A DNA stretch of 64,000 bases from Tubiluchus corallicola (taxonomy: Eukaryota; Animalia; Priapulida). Position 1 is the stretch's first letter, and each line of letters begins with the position of its first letter. Location: contig JAQGDQ010000216.1 in the NCBI GenBank assembly GCA_030141605.1, positions 62,001 to 126,000 on the forward strand. Direction: 5' to 3'. This document shows, in pieces, positions 20,446 through 30,941 of the stretch. The position numbers and the translations under genes were made by a program. The notes beneath the pieces were generated by a model. That model worked only from the letters and a program-made list of their open reading frames with translations. It was not told where the DNA came from and made no database searches.

Positions 20446-23400
20446 TTAAAATCCTAAAGATACTTTCAGCCCCATAGTCCTTGTTGAAGGGATCGGGGAC
20501 TGTTCGAAGTATGAGTTTGTTCCCATATACGCTTCAGCATCGAGGTTGGGTACACTTTTATAGAGATACCCAACGTTACGGGCAAACATATTCAGTGTGA
20601 TATCACTCAGCTTTATACTATCCACTATTGATTTTGGCAGTGAGTATGATAGTGATATTTCACGCAGTTTGATATAGTTGTTTTTGTATTGAGAGTCCAC
20701 GCCATTGATTTTTTCGTTTGTCCAGATGGCAAAATTGGCATAATAATCTCTTGAGGTGACAATAATGTCATTTTCTGAGTAAATGGGGTTACCATTGGCA
20801 TCCTCTGTTTCAATTACTCCGGGCAGGATAAGACCGTCGTGGTATACATATCCATCGATGGATTGAGGCGGAGCAGGAACACTATGATTCCATGGTTCAA
20901 TATTCCCATTTCTATCAATATAGTAAGCCAGCCCTCCGTGAGCTTCATCGCGGTACTCCAGCGACTGTACCGAGGCGCCGTTATGGTATAGCCACTGGTT
21001 GGTGCGGGAGTACATAGATGCACCGAATGAGTAGTCGAAGTGTGCGGTCATCCGTAGCCCTTTGTACCGGAGGCTGGTGTTAAACCCTCCCATGAAGTTT
21101 GGATGAACATTTCCAAGCTTGGAAAATTCAGAATCATTTAATGCATAACTTCTTCCATTCCCGCTGACAATACGTCTCCCCTCAGGGTCGTATTTGATAT
21201 CATGCCCATATAGGTTGCCTATGCGCTCGCCCTCTACGGCTTTTACATATATACCTCCGGTCATTGAACCGATATTCTTCTCGGTGATTCCGGTATAAAG
21301 CTTAAGAACTTTTGAGAACTGGTTTGCGGTGGTGAAAGTTACATCCCAGCGAAAGTTCCGAATTAAAACAGGCACTGCGCTTATCTGCAACTCATATCCC
21401 CAGTTTTTGACATTTCCAGCATTGATTTTAATCTCACTTGCGCCTGTTGCACTGCTTAGTGGGACACTCATTATCTGGTCATATACATTGTTGGTGTAGT
21501 ATGAGAAGTCTATCCCCAGCCGGTTGCCTTTGAAAAATGACATCTCTGTTCCGATTTCAAATTCGCGTTTACGCTCAGGCTTTAGGCTCCCATCAAAAAT
21601 CGATCCTGGAGCAGATACAGTGTTTGCATCTGATCCGGAGACTACTCCTGTTTCTAAGCTATAGTATGCGTAGTGTCTTGAGGGTGCATCGCGCCCTACG
21701 TCCGCCCACGAAGTGCGAAGCTTTGCAAATTGCAGGTGTGCGGTGGGAAGGAGGTTTCCCAGCACTGTTGTTGCATCATAGGTGAAAGCCACTCCGGGGT
21801 AGAAGTATGAGTTATTGTCGGGGTGAAGTGTGGATGTCCAGTCGTTACGGGCGTTCAGCTCCAGTGTGTAGAGGTTGTCCAGTGTAAGGGTAGCAACAGC
21901 AAAGATACTGTAAAGAGAATTTTGTCCATAGCTGTTGCCCCTTACTTTACCTCTTTTCCCATATTCTGGCCACCCATCAGAGCTCTGGTTGTTCAGGTGG
22001 TACCAGTCGGGGTATGTAAATCCACTACTTGCTCCCTCACTGGCGGTGGAGACATGAATGGAGTTGTCGGATACTTTTTTATAAGATCCTCCTGCAAAAG
22101 AGAAGATGTCGAGGCGCTTGTCCATAAAATCTTTGTAGAAGTTTAGGGTGCCTCTGTACTCTTCAACCCGGGTGTTTTTACGTTTAAACTCGTAATACCC
22201 ACCTTCCAGATCAGGGTATACCCTTGTTACGCTATTCTTTGTTGTAAAGTCGGTGTCGGTGTAATCCAGACTGGCCTGTCCTATCACGTAGAGCCAGTCG
22301 GTAAAGTGATAGGTAGGCCGAATAGTGGCGATCAGGTGCATCTTGTCATCCTCTGCGCTGTTGTTATCTCTGCTCCACATATAGTCTGCAAAATTTCCCA
22401 GAGAGTAGTAGCCTGTAGGATAACCGACTTCACTTAACTTCTTTTTATATCCGTAATTCGGATCTTCGGGGTCTGTGTAGGTGTAGTCTTTGCTCTCTAC
22501 AAACTCCTGAAAAGGGGCGCCTCTTGCCATGCCGTTAAGAATGAAGTCATAAAAGGATCTTCCGGGGCGATTATGAGTACTAATATTATAGAGGTTTGTT
22601 GTGGTCTCAATTGTCAGCTTTTCAGAGAAGTTGAACTTTCCTGAGAAACTCAGTATATTTTTCTTTTGGTTGAAGTTGTTCATAATACCGTCATAGTTGC
22701 TATTGGTATATGAAAAGCGGACATTCCCAAAGTCGCTGCGTTTGCTTACAGATGCACTTATCTGGTTGCTGCGTCCATTCTTAAACATAAACTCGAAGTT
22801 GTTGGGTCTGGCAACGTAGGGGCGAGCAGTACCGTCCCACCATATTCGCTGCTCATCTGCATTGAATGCGGGTCCGAAGTTTCGTATACTGTAGTTTGCT
22901 CTTGGGTAGTCTTCACCATTGACTATCTCATTTACATCATAGATGTTGTTGCCGCTTCCATACAGGTTTTGAAATTCAATATAGACTATCGGTTGCTCTA
23001 TGGTTGTCTGGTAAGAGACGTTAACATCCATTTCCCCCATTGCGCTGCTACCGCTCTTTGTGGTGATAAGGACTACTCCATTTGCACCCTCGCTACCATA
23101 TAGCACAGATGCTTTTGCCCCTTTCAGTATCTCTATTGATTCAATATCCTCAGAGTTGATGTCATTGATACCGGTACCGTAGTCGGGTGAGGTTCCTGAC
23201 AGGCTTGTGTTTTCATCAAAAATAGGCACGCCGTCTACCACAAAGAGAGGTCTTGTGTTGGCATTAGACTCCAGGCCTGCGGCGCCACGGATATTAATGT
23301 TAATACCTCCGGTGGGGCCTGAAGCAGACTGACGAATGGTTACTCCGGCAGCTTTTCCATATAGAGACTGAATAGGGTTGGCTGTGGTGCCGGCATCAGT

Positions 23401-23796
23401 CAGTTCGGCTCCACTGACCTTGCTGATGGCATAACCCAGTGTTTTTCTATCCCTGCGTACGCCTAATGCGGTAACTACAACCTCATCAATTCCAATGTTG
23501 TCTTCCTCCATAGCTATGTTAACGGAGGTCTTATTGTTTAATGGAACCTCCTGAGTTCTCATGCTTATGAATGAAAAGATAAGAGACGCGTCAGCGGATT
23601 TGACAGAGATTGAGTATGCTCCGTCAACGTCGGTAATGGTGCCATTTGTGGTACCTTTCTCTACAATGGTTACCCCTGCTAGGGGTACATCATTGGTTTC
23701 TGCTGTAACCCTACCGCTTACCTTGTGCTGCGCATAAGCGTTGTTTGCAAGCACCAGGTATGTACAGAGAACAAGCATTGTAATAGATTTCTGCAT
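20446..23796 (-). CDS. SusC/RagA-family TonB-dependent receptor
   Basis: GTITDVDG, EVVVTALG, PLFVVDG, LKGAKASVLYGSEGANGVVLITTK, ARNDW, LKPE, C-terminal F. Confidence 0.96.
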   Translation of the reverse strand: MQKSITMLVLCTYLVLANNAYAQHKVSGRVTAETNDVPLAGVTIVEKGTTNGTITDVDGAYSISVKSADASLIFSFISMRTQEVPLNNKTSVNIAMEEDNIGIDEVVVTALGVRRDRKTLGYAISKVSGAELTDAGTTANPIQSLYGKAAGVTIRQSASGPTGGININIRGAAGLESNANTRPLFVVDGVPIFDENTSLSGTSPDYGTGINDINSEDIESIEILKGAKASVLYGSEGANGVVLITTKSGSSAMGEMDVNVSYQTTIEQPIVYIEFQNLYGSGNNIYDVNEIVNGEDYPRANYSIRNFGPAFNADEQRIWWDGTARPYVARPNNFEFMFKNGRSNQISASVSKRSDFGNVRFSYTNSNYDGIMNNFNQKKNILSFSGKFNFSEKLTIETTTNLYNISTHNRPGRSFYDFILNGMARGAPFQEFVESKDYTYTDPEDPNYGYKKKLSEVGYPTGYYSLGNFADYMWSRDNNSAEDDKMHLIATIRPTYHFTDWLYVIGQASLDYTDTDFTTKNSVTRVYPDLEGGYYEFKRKNTRVEEYRGTLNFYKDFMDKRLDIFSFAGGSYKKVSDNSIHVSTASEGASSGFTYPDWYHLNNQSSDGWPEYGKRGKVRGNSYGQNSLYSIFAVATLTLDNLYTLELNARNDWTSTLHPDNNSYFYPGVAFTYDATTVLGNLLPTAHLQFAKLRTSWADVGRDAPSRHYAYYSLETGVVSGSDANTVSAPGSIFDGSLKPERKREFEIGTEMSFFKGNRLGIDFSYYTNNVYDQIMSVPLSSATGASEIKINAGNVKNWGYELQISAVPVLIRNFRWDVTFTTANQFSKVLKLYTGITEKNIGSMTGGIYVKAVEGERIGNLYGHDIKYDPEGRRIVSGNGRSYALNDSEFSKLGNVHPNFMGGFNTSLRYKGLRMTAHFDYSFGASMYSRTNQWLYHNGASVQSLEYRDEAHGGLAYYIDRNGNIEPWNHSVPAPPQSIDGYVYHDGLILPGVIETEDANGNPIYSENDIIVTSRDYYANFAIWTNEKINGVDSQYKNNYIKLREISLSYSLPKSIVDSIKLSDITLNMFARNVGYLYKSVPNLDAEAYMGTNSYFEQSPIPSTRTMGLKVSLGF

Positions 23797-23989
23797 ATTG
23801 ATGTTAGTTTAATAAATTTACTAAAAATATAAAGTTCTGCTATGATAAGTTAATAAAGGTATAAAAATATAAAAATATATTACATTTCACATAAAATATA
23901 AAATTTATGTAAAAAATGTTGTTTTGCTACTCACCCTTCGCAGATAGTTTTTGAGCTGGGTGTACTATTTTTCTATTATGATACGAGAG

Positions 23990-24096
23990 ATATAAAGCTC
24001 ACGCCAAAACCCCTCTTTATTAAAGTCTTATTTATGTCAGTAAGCTGTGGTTTTAGCTCAACCTGGACCAAGCCTCCTTTGTCTTGCAAAGGTCTC
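23990..24096. mobile_element. Decayed IS5-type MITE copy
   Basis: Right end TTGTCTTGCAAAGGTCTC; internal TTATTTATGTCAGTAAGCTG...CTCAACCTGGACC resembles the other copies. Confidence 0.55.
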
Positions 24097-24167
24097 GCCT
24101 CATGTTTTTACTGTTGCGCTTGGCTGTCCAATTGCCATCTTACATAGCTGGCCGGCTTCTCTCCCTA

Positions 24168-24365
24168 TTAACTGTTATTGATTTCTACACCATTATACTG
24201 AGTAAGCGCAACATGTCTTATTTTTTGTGCAAGCTTGGTGTTTCCTTTCCCGTGTAGGGCTTTACTTACCATCATCCCGCTAACATTGAATGCCAATGCT
24301 ATTTTTTTATTGTTACCGTGTGGCACTAAAATTCTGGCAGCTTCGCCGGATAATCTTTTTTTCAT
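24168..24365 (-). CDS. Small Cro/Ner-like HTH protein of phage origin
   Basis: KIALAFNVSGMMVSKAL HTH and AQKIRHVAL...GVE tail; divergent from a CI-like gene. Confidence 0.68.
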   Translation of the reverse strand: MKKRLSGEAARILVPHGNNKKIALAFNVSGMMVSKALHGKGNTKLAQKIRHVALTQYNGVEINNS

Positions 24366-24476
24366 ATCTTTAAAATCCGTTTATTTTTAAACAGTAAAAT
24401 ATAAAGTTAAACATAAATGAAAAAAATCAGTTATTCAAATAATATGTGAAAAATTTCAGTAGCCTGAACGATTATT

Positions 24477-25166
24477 GTGAAAAAAATCAGTCTAACAAAG
24501 AGAAATATACGCAAATACGCTAAGGTCAAAGGCGTTACGCTTGCAGAGGTGTATAGGCGTACTGGTATTGCTGATGGAACATTTAGTAATGCAAGCAGCT
24601 TGACGGAAGATAGTTTAATGAAATTTTTCAGCGTGTATGGCGATGTAAGTCCTTGCTGGCTTTTGACGGGGAAGGGTGCCATGGTGAAGGACTACAGTGC
24701 TCCGGCTACCTCTGGCGATCCGGTAAAAGAACCTGGTGGAGAGGAAGGGTCCGAGGCGACACAGATAAGGATTCCTCTTATTGATATATCGGACATTGGA
24801 AAAGAGAGCAGCAGCTGTTTTTCTTTGGAGGAGAAAGGAGATAGGGCGTATTATGTGATTCCCAGGTTTGGAGGCAGCAATATTGATTTTATGACAGAGG
24901 TGTCCGGGAGTAATATATGCCATAAGTATAGCAGAGGGGATGTTGTGGCCTGCACTGTGATTAAGGACAGCACTTTCTTGCAGTGGAAGAGGGTGCATCT
25001 TATTGTTACACGGGAGCAGGGAATGATTATAGGTCGAATTGATGATTCTGCTATTGATGATTGCATCAAGGTTGTTAGTGAGGATGACAGCTACAGCTCG
25101 TTTGATATTCCCAGGAGTGAAATTATGGGAATTGCTCTGGTAGTGGGGGTTATACGTTTTGAGTAG
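24477..25166 (+). CDS. CI/LexA-like repressor (HTH + S24 domain), apparently non-catalytic
   Basis: WLLTGKGAM, IPLI, KYSRGDVVAC, FLQW, IALVVGVIRFE; GSNI in place of G-x-S-M and IIGRI in place of xIKRx. Confidence 0.82.
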   Translation: MKKISLTKRNIRKYAKVKGVTLAEVYRRTGIADGTFSNASSLTEDSLMKFFSVYGDVSPCWLLTGKGAMVKDYSAPATSGDPVKEPGGEEGSEATQIRIPLIDISDIGKESSSCFSLEEKGDRAYYVIPRFGGSNIDFMTEVSGSNICHKYSRGDVVACTVIKDSTFLQWKRVHLIVTREQGMIIGRIDDSAIDDCIKVVSEDDSYSSFDIPRSEIMGIALVVGVIRFE

Positions 25167-25199
25167 CCTGATATTTTAGCGAGGCGTGTCTTTTGACTT

Positions 25200-25332
25200 G
25201 AGGCCTTTGCAAAATTCCCCTTTTTGTTGAAAACCACCATATAAGTTCTCACTTATACCATTAAGTTGCAGTTTTTTTTACTGAATTTTTCTTTCGACCT
25301 CGGCTGAAAAATCTTCACTATGCAATGATTTC
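25200..25332. mobile_element. Decayed IS5-type MITE copy
   Basis: GAGGCCTTTGCAAAATTCCCC ... TGCAATGATTTC. Confidence 0.6.
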
Positions 25333-25504
25333 ATTTTTTGATCTGTAATGGCTTTATTTTGTGTGGGATAGTGATAGACTTGTGTTGTCGTTGGCTTTTC
25401 AGGCAGGTAGATATTTATAAAATATCACGATTTTTTGTGCCGATTGCTATTTTATAAGTGTGTTTTTTTTACTTTTAAAAAAAATAATTTAAGTCTGAAA
25501 AGTT

Positions 25505-26620
25505 ATGAATATTGGCGTCCCCAAAGAGATAAAAAGTCATGAGAGTCGTGTTGCACTAACTCCTGCAGGCGCTGCAGAGTTAATCAAGCGTAACCATAGA
25601 GTGTTTGTGCAGGCTTGTGCTGGTGCGGGCAGTGGTTTTACCGATGAGGAGTACCTGGCTGTAGGTGCTGAGGTTTTACCCTCCATTGAAGATGTTTATA
25701 GTGTTGCAGAGATGATTATAAAGGTAAAGGAGCCTATTGAGTCAGAGTATAGCCTGATAAAGGAGGGACAGTTGCTTTATACCTATTTTCACTTTGCATC
25801 GTCTGAGGCACTTACCAATGCCATGATTAGATCGGGAGCTGTCTGTTTGGCGTACGAGACTGTTGAGCTTGATGATGGCTCTTTGCCCCTGCTTATACCT
25901 ATGTCGGAAGTTGCGGGACGCATGTCTGTTCAGGAAGGAGCTAAGTTTTTGGAAAAAACGTTTGGCGGGCGAGGTGTGCTTCTTGGGGGTGTGCCGGGCG
26001 TATATCCTGCAAATGTGTTGATTGTCGGGGGAGGTGTTGTTGGAACGGAAGCGGCAAAAATGGCAGCGGGTATGGGGGCTGATGTTACTATTATGGATGT
26101 TAGCCTCAAGCGGCTTCGTTATCTGGATGATATTATGCCCGCTAATGTAAAAACGATGATGTCCAATGGGCTCAATATTCGGGAAATGGTTCAGACGAAT
26201 GACTTAATTATAGGTGCGGTGCTTATTCCGGGAGCGAAGGCGCCTCACTTAATATCGCGCGAGATGTTGAAGACAATGCAACAGGGAACCGTGCTTGTTG
26301 ATGTTGCAGTTGACCAGGGGGGATGTATTGAGACAACAAGACCGACAACTCATGATGATCCCACCTATGTGATAGATGGGGTTATCCACTACTCTGTGGC
26401 TAATATGCCCGGCGCCGTTCCGCGGACATCTACCTTTGCATTGACAAATGCCACGCTTCCGTATGCTATTCAGCTGGCAGATAAGGGGTGGCAGCGGGCA
26501 TGCAGTGAAGATGAAGCTCTAAGAAAGGGGTTAAACATTATAAAGGGAAAAATTACCTGTAAAGGTGTTTCCGATGCGTTTGGACTAAAGTGTCGTGAGG
26601 TGGAGGAAATTTTAGGATAA
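25505..26620 (+). CDS. ald: Alanine dehydrogenase
   Basis: GVPKEIK, RVALTP, KVKEP, PMSEVAGR, GGGVVG, DVAVDQGG, VANMPGAV. Confidence 0.97.
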   Translation: MNIGVPKEIKSHESRVALTPAGAAELIKRNHRVFVQACAGAGSGFTDEEYLAVGAEVLPSIEDVYSVAEMIIKVKEPIESEYSLIKEGQLLYTYFHFASSEALTNAMIRSGAVCLAYETVELDDGSLPLLIPMSEVAGRMSVQEGAKFLEKTFGGRGVLLGGVPGVYPANVLIVGGGVVGTEAAKMAAGMGADVTIMDVSLKRLRYLDDIMPANVKTMMSNGLNIREMVQTNDLIIGAVLIPGAKAPHLISREMLKTMQQGTVLVDVAVDQGGCIETTRPTTHDDPTYVIDGVIHYSVANMPGAVPRTSTFALTNATLPYAIQLADKGWQRACSEDEALRKGLNIIKGKITCKGVSDAFGLKCREVEEILG

Positions 26621-26668
26621 TTTTTGTCCATATAAGCCAGAGAGAAGCCATTTATATATACAAGACTT

Positions 26669-26791
26669 AGGACCTATTGTAAAAGATATTTCTATTTGTT
26701 GGGTCTTTTCCCCGGAGCCTTCTTCAAAATCTTTATTTAGATAGGGTTTTCCCTCAACCTGAATCAAGGTTTTTTGCCTTGCGAGGGTCTT
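26669..26791. mobile_element. Decayed IS5-type MITE copy
   Basis: GGACCTATTGTAAAA ... CCCTCAACCTGAATC ... GCCTTGCGAGGGTCTT. Confidence 0.5.
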
Positions 26792-26941
26792 GCTATGCCG
26801 AAAAGCAATGAGAAGCGGCAGAGGCGGTGGAGTACTATGCAACCATATATTTCATGTGGTGGTTTGAGCATGCTAATTCCCTGTATGTTTTGTAACCTGA
26901 ATTTTTGGAGTTATATTAGACACAGCCAATATAGCTGAGAA

Positions 26942-28462
26942 ATGGGAAAAATCAAAAAAGTCTTAGTGGCAAATCGTGGAGAGATTGCTGTCAGGGTTAT
27001 GCGTTCGTGTAGGGAGATGCACATCACTTCTGTTGCCATTTTCTCCAAGACCGACAGAAATGCTATGCATGTCAGATATGCGGATGAGGCTTTTCCTATA
27101 GGGGTAACCTCATCACCCTCCGACAGCTATCTGAATATTGATAAGATTATTGAAATAGCTCTTGCTTCAGGAGCTGATGCGATTCATCCGGGCTACGGTT
27201 TTTTATCGGAGAATGCCGATTTTGTGCGGCGGGTGTCTGAGGCAGGTTTAGTTTTTATTGGACCGTCACCGGAGGCTGTCTCTGCCATGGGGGATAAGGT
27301 TACTGCTAGAGAGATTATGGTTAAGTCTGGAGTCCCGATTGTGCCTGGTACGGAAGAGAGCTTAGCTGATGAGAAGAGGCTGAAAATGGTTGTGTCAGAG
27401 ATAGGGTACCCCGTTATAATAAAAGCGTCGGCAGGTGGTGGAGGTAAGGGGATGAGGCTTGTGAAGTCTGAGAGCGAGCTGGTGAGTGCATACCGGCGCG
27501 CAAAGTCGGAGGCTGGAGCCGCTTTTGGAGATGATACCGTTTACATAGAGAAATATATTGAGTCTCCGCACCATATAGAGTTTCAGATACTGGGTGACCA
27601 ACATGGTAACATGGTGCATCTGTTTGAGCGCGAGTGTTCGGTGCAGAGGCGTCACCAAAAAGTGGTGGAAGAGACCCCTTCGCCACTAATGACACCTGAG
27701 CTCAGGGATAAAATGGGGAAGCATGCAATTGCTGCGGCACGCTCGGTGAATTATGCTGGAGCAGGTACGGTTGAGTTTTTGGTAGACAACAACCTCAATT
27801 TCTATTTTCTCGAGATGAATACCCGTATTCAGGTAGAGCACCCTGTAACTGAGAGGGTTACTGGCATAGATATGGTGAAGGCACAAATAAATATTGCCAA
27901 TGGCGACAGACTGGGATTTGCACAAAAGGATATTTATCAAAATGGGCATTCCATAGAGTGTAGGATTTACGCAGAGGATGCAGATAATAATTTTATGCCA
28001 AGCCCAGGGCTGATAAGGCATATTACAGAGCCTCTTGGTTTGGGTGTACGAACAGATGGATATGCTTATGAGGGGTATGAGATACCTGTCTACTACGACT
28101 CTATGATCTCTAAGTTGATAGTTTGGGCACAAACTCGGAAAGAGGCTATAGAACGTATGAAGAGAGCACTATATGAGTATAAGATAACGGGAGTTAAGAC
28201 AACCATATCTTTTATGAAGAGGATTATGGATACTGCTGATTTTAATTCAGGAAATTATGATACTCATTTTATCGAAAAGAATAGATCTGAGCTGTTTGGG
28301 CAGAGCAGTTATAATCGTCGAAGCGAGGATATAGCTGCGTGTGTTGCTTACCTTGATTATACTGCGAAAATAAAGCTAAAGGCGGGCAAAGGTGGAGCAA
28401 ACGATGGGGAGGCAACCGCGTGGAAAGATTTTGGAAGGGGAAGGGGTATTTTAAGGTTGTAG
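26942..28462 (+). CDS. accC: Biotin carboxylase subunit (acetyl/propionyl-CoA carboxylase)
   Basis: ANRGEIA, HPGYGFLSEN, GGGGKGMR, ERECSVQRRHQK, EMNTRIQVEHPVTE. Confidence 0.93.
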   Translation: MGKIKKVLVANRGEIAVRVMRSCREMHITSVAIFSKTDRNAMHVRYADEAFPIGVTSSPSDSYLNIDKIIEIALASGADAIHPGYGFLSENADFVRRVSEAGLVFIGPSPEAVSAMGDKVTAREIMVKSGVPIVPGTEESLADEKRLKMVVSEIGYPVIIKASAGGGGKGMRLVKSESELVSAYRRAKSEAGAAFGDDTVYIEKYIESPHHIEFQILGDQHGNMVHLFERECSVQRRHQKVVEETPSPLMTPELRDKMGKHAIAAARSVNYAGAGTVEFLVDNNLNFYFLEMNTRIQVEHPVTERVTGIDMVKAQINIANGDRLGFAQKDIYQNGHSIECRIYAEDADNNFMPSPGLIRHITEPLGLGVRTDGYAYEGYEIPVYYDSMISKLIVWAQTRKEAIERMKRALYEYKITGVKTTISFMKRIMDTADFNSGNYDTHFIEKNRSELFGQSSYNRRSEDIAACVAYLDYTAKIKLKAGKGGANDGEATAWKDFGRGRGILRL

Positions 28463-28504
28463 CTATTTTAGGGTGTTAACTCAGCCACTATTTTATTACT
28501 TAGA

Positions 28505-29023
28505 ATGAAAACAGAGATAAAGATAGGGGATCGCATTGTGTCTGTTGAGCTTATTAGTGAGGAAGGCACTGCTTATGTTATAAAGGTAGACGATAATGAG
28601 TATACACTTGATGTAGTAAAAGTGGAGGAGGGTGTTTACTCTGTTATACACAACAGCAAATCTATCAATATGAGCATAATAGAAGGGGATACGTTGAACA
28701 GGTATAATGTAATGACCCGAAGTAATTATTATGATGTGGAGGTTTTGGATGCTTTTAGCCGGTACAGAGATAGCAGCGAGGGTGAGGCTGTGGGTATTTT
28801 AGATGACACTATTACTACTCCTATGCCAGGGAAGGTGGTTAAGCTTTATGTGAAAGAGGGGGACAGCATAAAAGAGGGGGAGGTTGCAATCACTATTTCT
28901 TCAATGAAAATGGAGAGTGACTATAAGTTTTCTAAATCTGGTGTTGTTAAGAAGGTTTATGTTTCAGAAGGTGATAGTATTGCTGGTAATCAGCCACTAG
29001 TAGAGGTTGAGGCTGCTAATTAA
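28505..29023 (+). CDS. Biotin carboxyl carrier protein
   Basis: PMPGKV...SMKME biotinylation motif; lies between carboxylase subunits. Confidence 0.9.
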   Translation: MKTEIKIGDRIVSVELISEEGTAYVIKVDDNEYTLDVVKVEEGVYSVIHNSKSINMSIIEGDTLNRYNVMTRSNYYDVEVLDAFSRYRDSSEGEAVGILDDTITTPMPGKVVKLYVKEGDSIKEGEVAITISSMKMESDYKFSKSGVVKKVYVSEGDSIAGNQPLVEVEAAN

Positions 29024-29043
29024 CTTTAAATTTTAACGAACAG

Positions 29044-30582
29044 ATGCAAAAGCCAGATGACAAATATAAGCTGTTTGAAGAGAAGAATAGGGAGGCTGAA
29101 AACGGTGGTGGGCAGGAGAGAATAAGCAAGCAGCACAGGGAGGGCAAGCTTACTGCACGTGAGCGTATTAATCTGTTTCTTGATCCTGGAACTTTCGAGG
29201 AGATAGATAAGATGGTAACACATAGTTGTTCCAATTTTGGAATGGAAGAGAAGAGGTATCTCGGGGACGGAATTGTTACGGGGTATGGCAAAGTTAACAG
29301 CCGCCTGGTGTATGTGTTTGCTCAGGATTTCACTGTGTTTGGGGGCTCTCTTAGCCGTTCTAACGCTTGCAAAGTTGTAAAAATACATCGCCTTGCCCTG
29401 AAGATGGGAGCGCCGGTTGTGGGGCTAAACGACTCCGGTGGTGCGAGGATACAGGAGGGAGTACAGAGCCTTGCAGGATATGGAGATATATTTCTGATGA
29501 ATGTGAAGTCCTCAGGGGTAATACCCCAGATATCAGCCATTATGGGGCCATGTGCAGGTGGCGCTGTCTACTCTCCGGCGCTAACAGATTTTGTTTTTAT
29601 GGTAAAGAGTACCAGCTACATGTTCGTTACGGGACCTGACGTTGTGAAGAGTGTTACACATGAGGATGTGACAAAAGATGAACTTGGTGGGGCAGTAACA
29701 CATAATACTAAAAGTGGAGTTGCTCATTTTTTGGGGGAGGATGATAAGCATACAATTATGATGGTGAGAGAGCTGCTGGGATTTATCCCCTCAAATAATC
29801 TTGAGAGTGCTCCTGTATCTATATGTAGCGATGATATAAACAGGGCAGATGAAGAGCTGCAAACTATAGTCCCGAAAGATCCAAATAAACCATACGATAT
29901 GCATAAGGTTATTCGTATGGTAGTAGACGACAAACACTTTTTTGAGGTGATGCCACACTACGCACAAAATATAGTTATAGGGTTTGCTCGAATTAATGGA
30001 CAGCCTGTAGGAATAGTTGCAAATCAACCAAACTATTTGGCGGGTGTGCTTGATATTGACTCCTCTGTTAAAGGTGCCCGGTTTGTACGCTTTTGCGATG
30101 CGTTCAATATACCACTGATAACATTTGTAGATGTACCCGGGTTTCTCCCTGGAACGATTCAGGAGTTTGGAGGTATTATCAAGCATGGAGCCAAGCTGCT
30201 GTATGCTTTTGCAGAGGCGACGGTACAAAAGATTACAGTTATTATCCGAAAGGCTTACGGTGGAGCCTATGATGTGATGTCGAGTAAACATTTGGGGGCT
30301 GATGTAAATTTTGCCTGGCCTACTTCTGAAATTGCAGTAATGGGACCTGAAGGGGCAGTAAATATTATTTTTAAAGAGAAAAAGAGTGAACAGGAAAAGG
30401 CAAAACAGGTTGAGGACTACCGCCAAAATTTTGCCAACCCCTACAGAGCAGCGGAGCTAGGTTATATTGATGAGATTATCCTTCCCAAGGATACCCGCAA
30501 GAAGCTGGCTGCAGCGCTCGATATGACAAGTAATAAGAGTGAATCAAACCCTCCCAAAAAGCATGGTAACATTCCTTTGTAA
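29044..30582 (+). CDS. Acyl-CoA (propionyl/methylmalonyl-CoA) carboxyltransferase beta subunit
   Basis: [53 protein letters not shown]. Confidence 0.95.
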   Translation: MQKPDDKYKLFEEKNREAENGGGQERISKQHREGKLTARERINLFLDPGTFEEIDKMVTHSCSNFGMEEKRYLGDGIVTGYGKVNSRLVYVFAQDFTVFGGSLSRSNACKVVKIHRLALKMGAPVVGLNDSGGARIQEGVQSLAGYGDIFLMNVKSSGVIPQISAIMGPCAGGAVYSPALTDFVFMVKSTSYMFVTGPDVVKSVTHEDVTKDELGGAVTHNTKSGVAHFLGEDDKHTIMMVRELLGFIPSNNLESAPVSICSDDINRADEELQTIVPKDPNKPYDMHKVIRMVVDDKHFFEVMPHYAQNIVIGFARINGQPVGIVANQPNYLAGVLDIDSSVKGARFVRFCDAFNIPLITFVDVPGFLPGTIQEFGGIIKHGAKLLYAFAEATVQKITVIIRKAYGGAYDVMSSKHLGADVNFAWPTSEIAVMGPEGAVNIIFKEKKSEQEKAKQVEDYRQNFANPYRAAELGYIDEIILPKDTRKKLAAALDMTSNKSESNPPKKHGNIPL

Positions 30583-30646
30583 GGAGATGTTGACCGGATA
30601 ACTCCGATGATTTATTTGTAGGAGCAGGAGTTTTTAATTTCATTTA

Positions 30647-30771
30647 GAGACCTTTGCAAGGCGAAATATTTTGGTCTGAATTGAGGGTAAATTTGATGAA
30701 AAATAGCAGTTTGCTCATGTAGATGAGGATTTGAGAAAATATTAATAAAAAGATGAGCCTGCAAAGGCTTT
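30647..30771. mobile_element. IS5-type MITE copy (reverse orientation), with an extra TIR-like motif at 30780-30794
   Basis: GAGACCTTTGCAAGGCGAAA ... AGATGAGCCTGCAAAGGCTTT; collinear with 55854-55984. Confidence 0.75.
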
Positions 30772-30941
30772 AGAATGGGTTTTGCAAAGGGATCATTTTT
30801 TTCTACTTTTACGCAGTAAAATATACGATTCCAGTCGTGTATATTACCCACATGTACAGCAAGTGACAATCCTGAATTATAGATAGACCCCTTTCTAGAC
30901 TGGCAATAGGTTTAAAGAGGTAAAGCAATTATATTACGACA

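Noticed and set aside
24168-25166. Intact prophage
   Set aside because: No integrase, replication, structural or lysis genes in the window
30612-30869. 85-aa ORF, and the 76-aa ORF at 26612-26842
   Set aside because: Both run through MITE copies and are probably spurious
30800-30941. T-box or structured leader before valS
   Set aside because: No T-box consensus; only a 6-bp pairing (CCAGTC/GACTGG)
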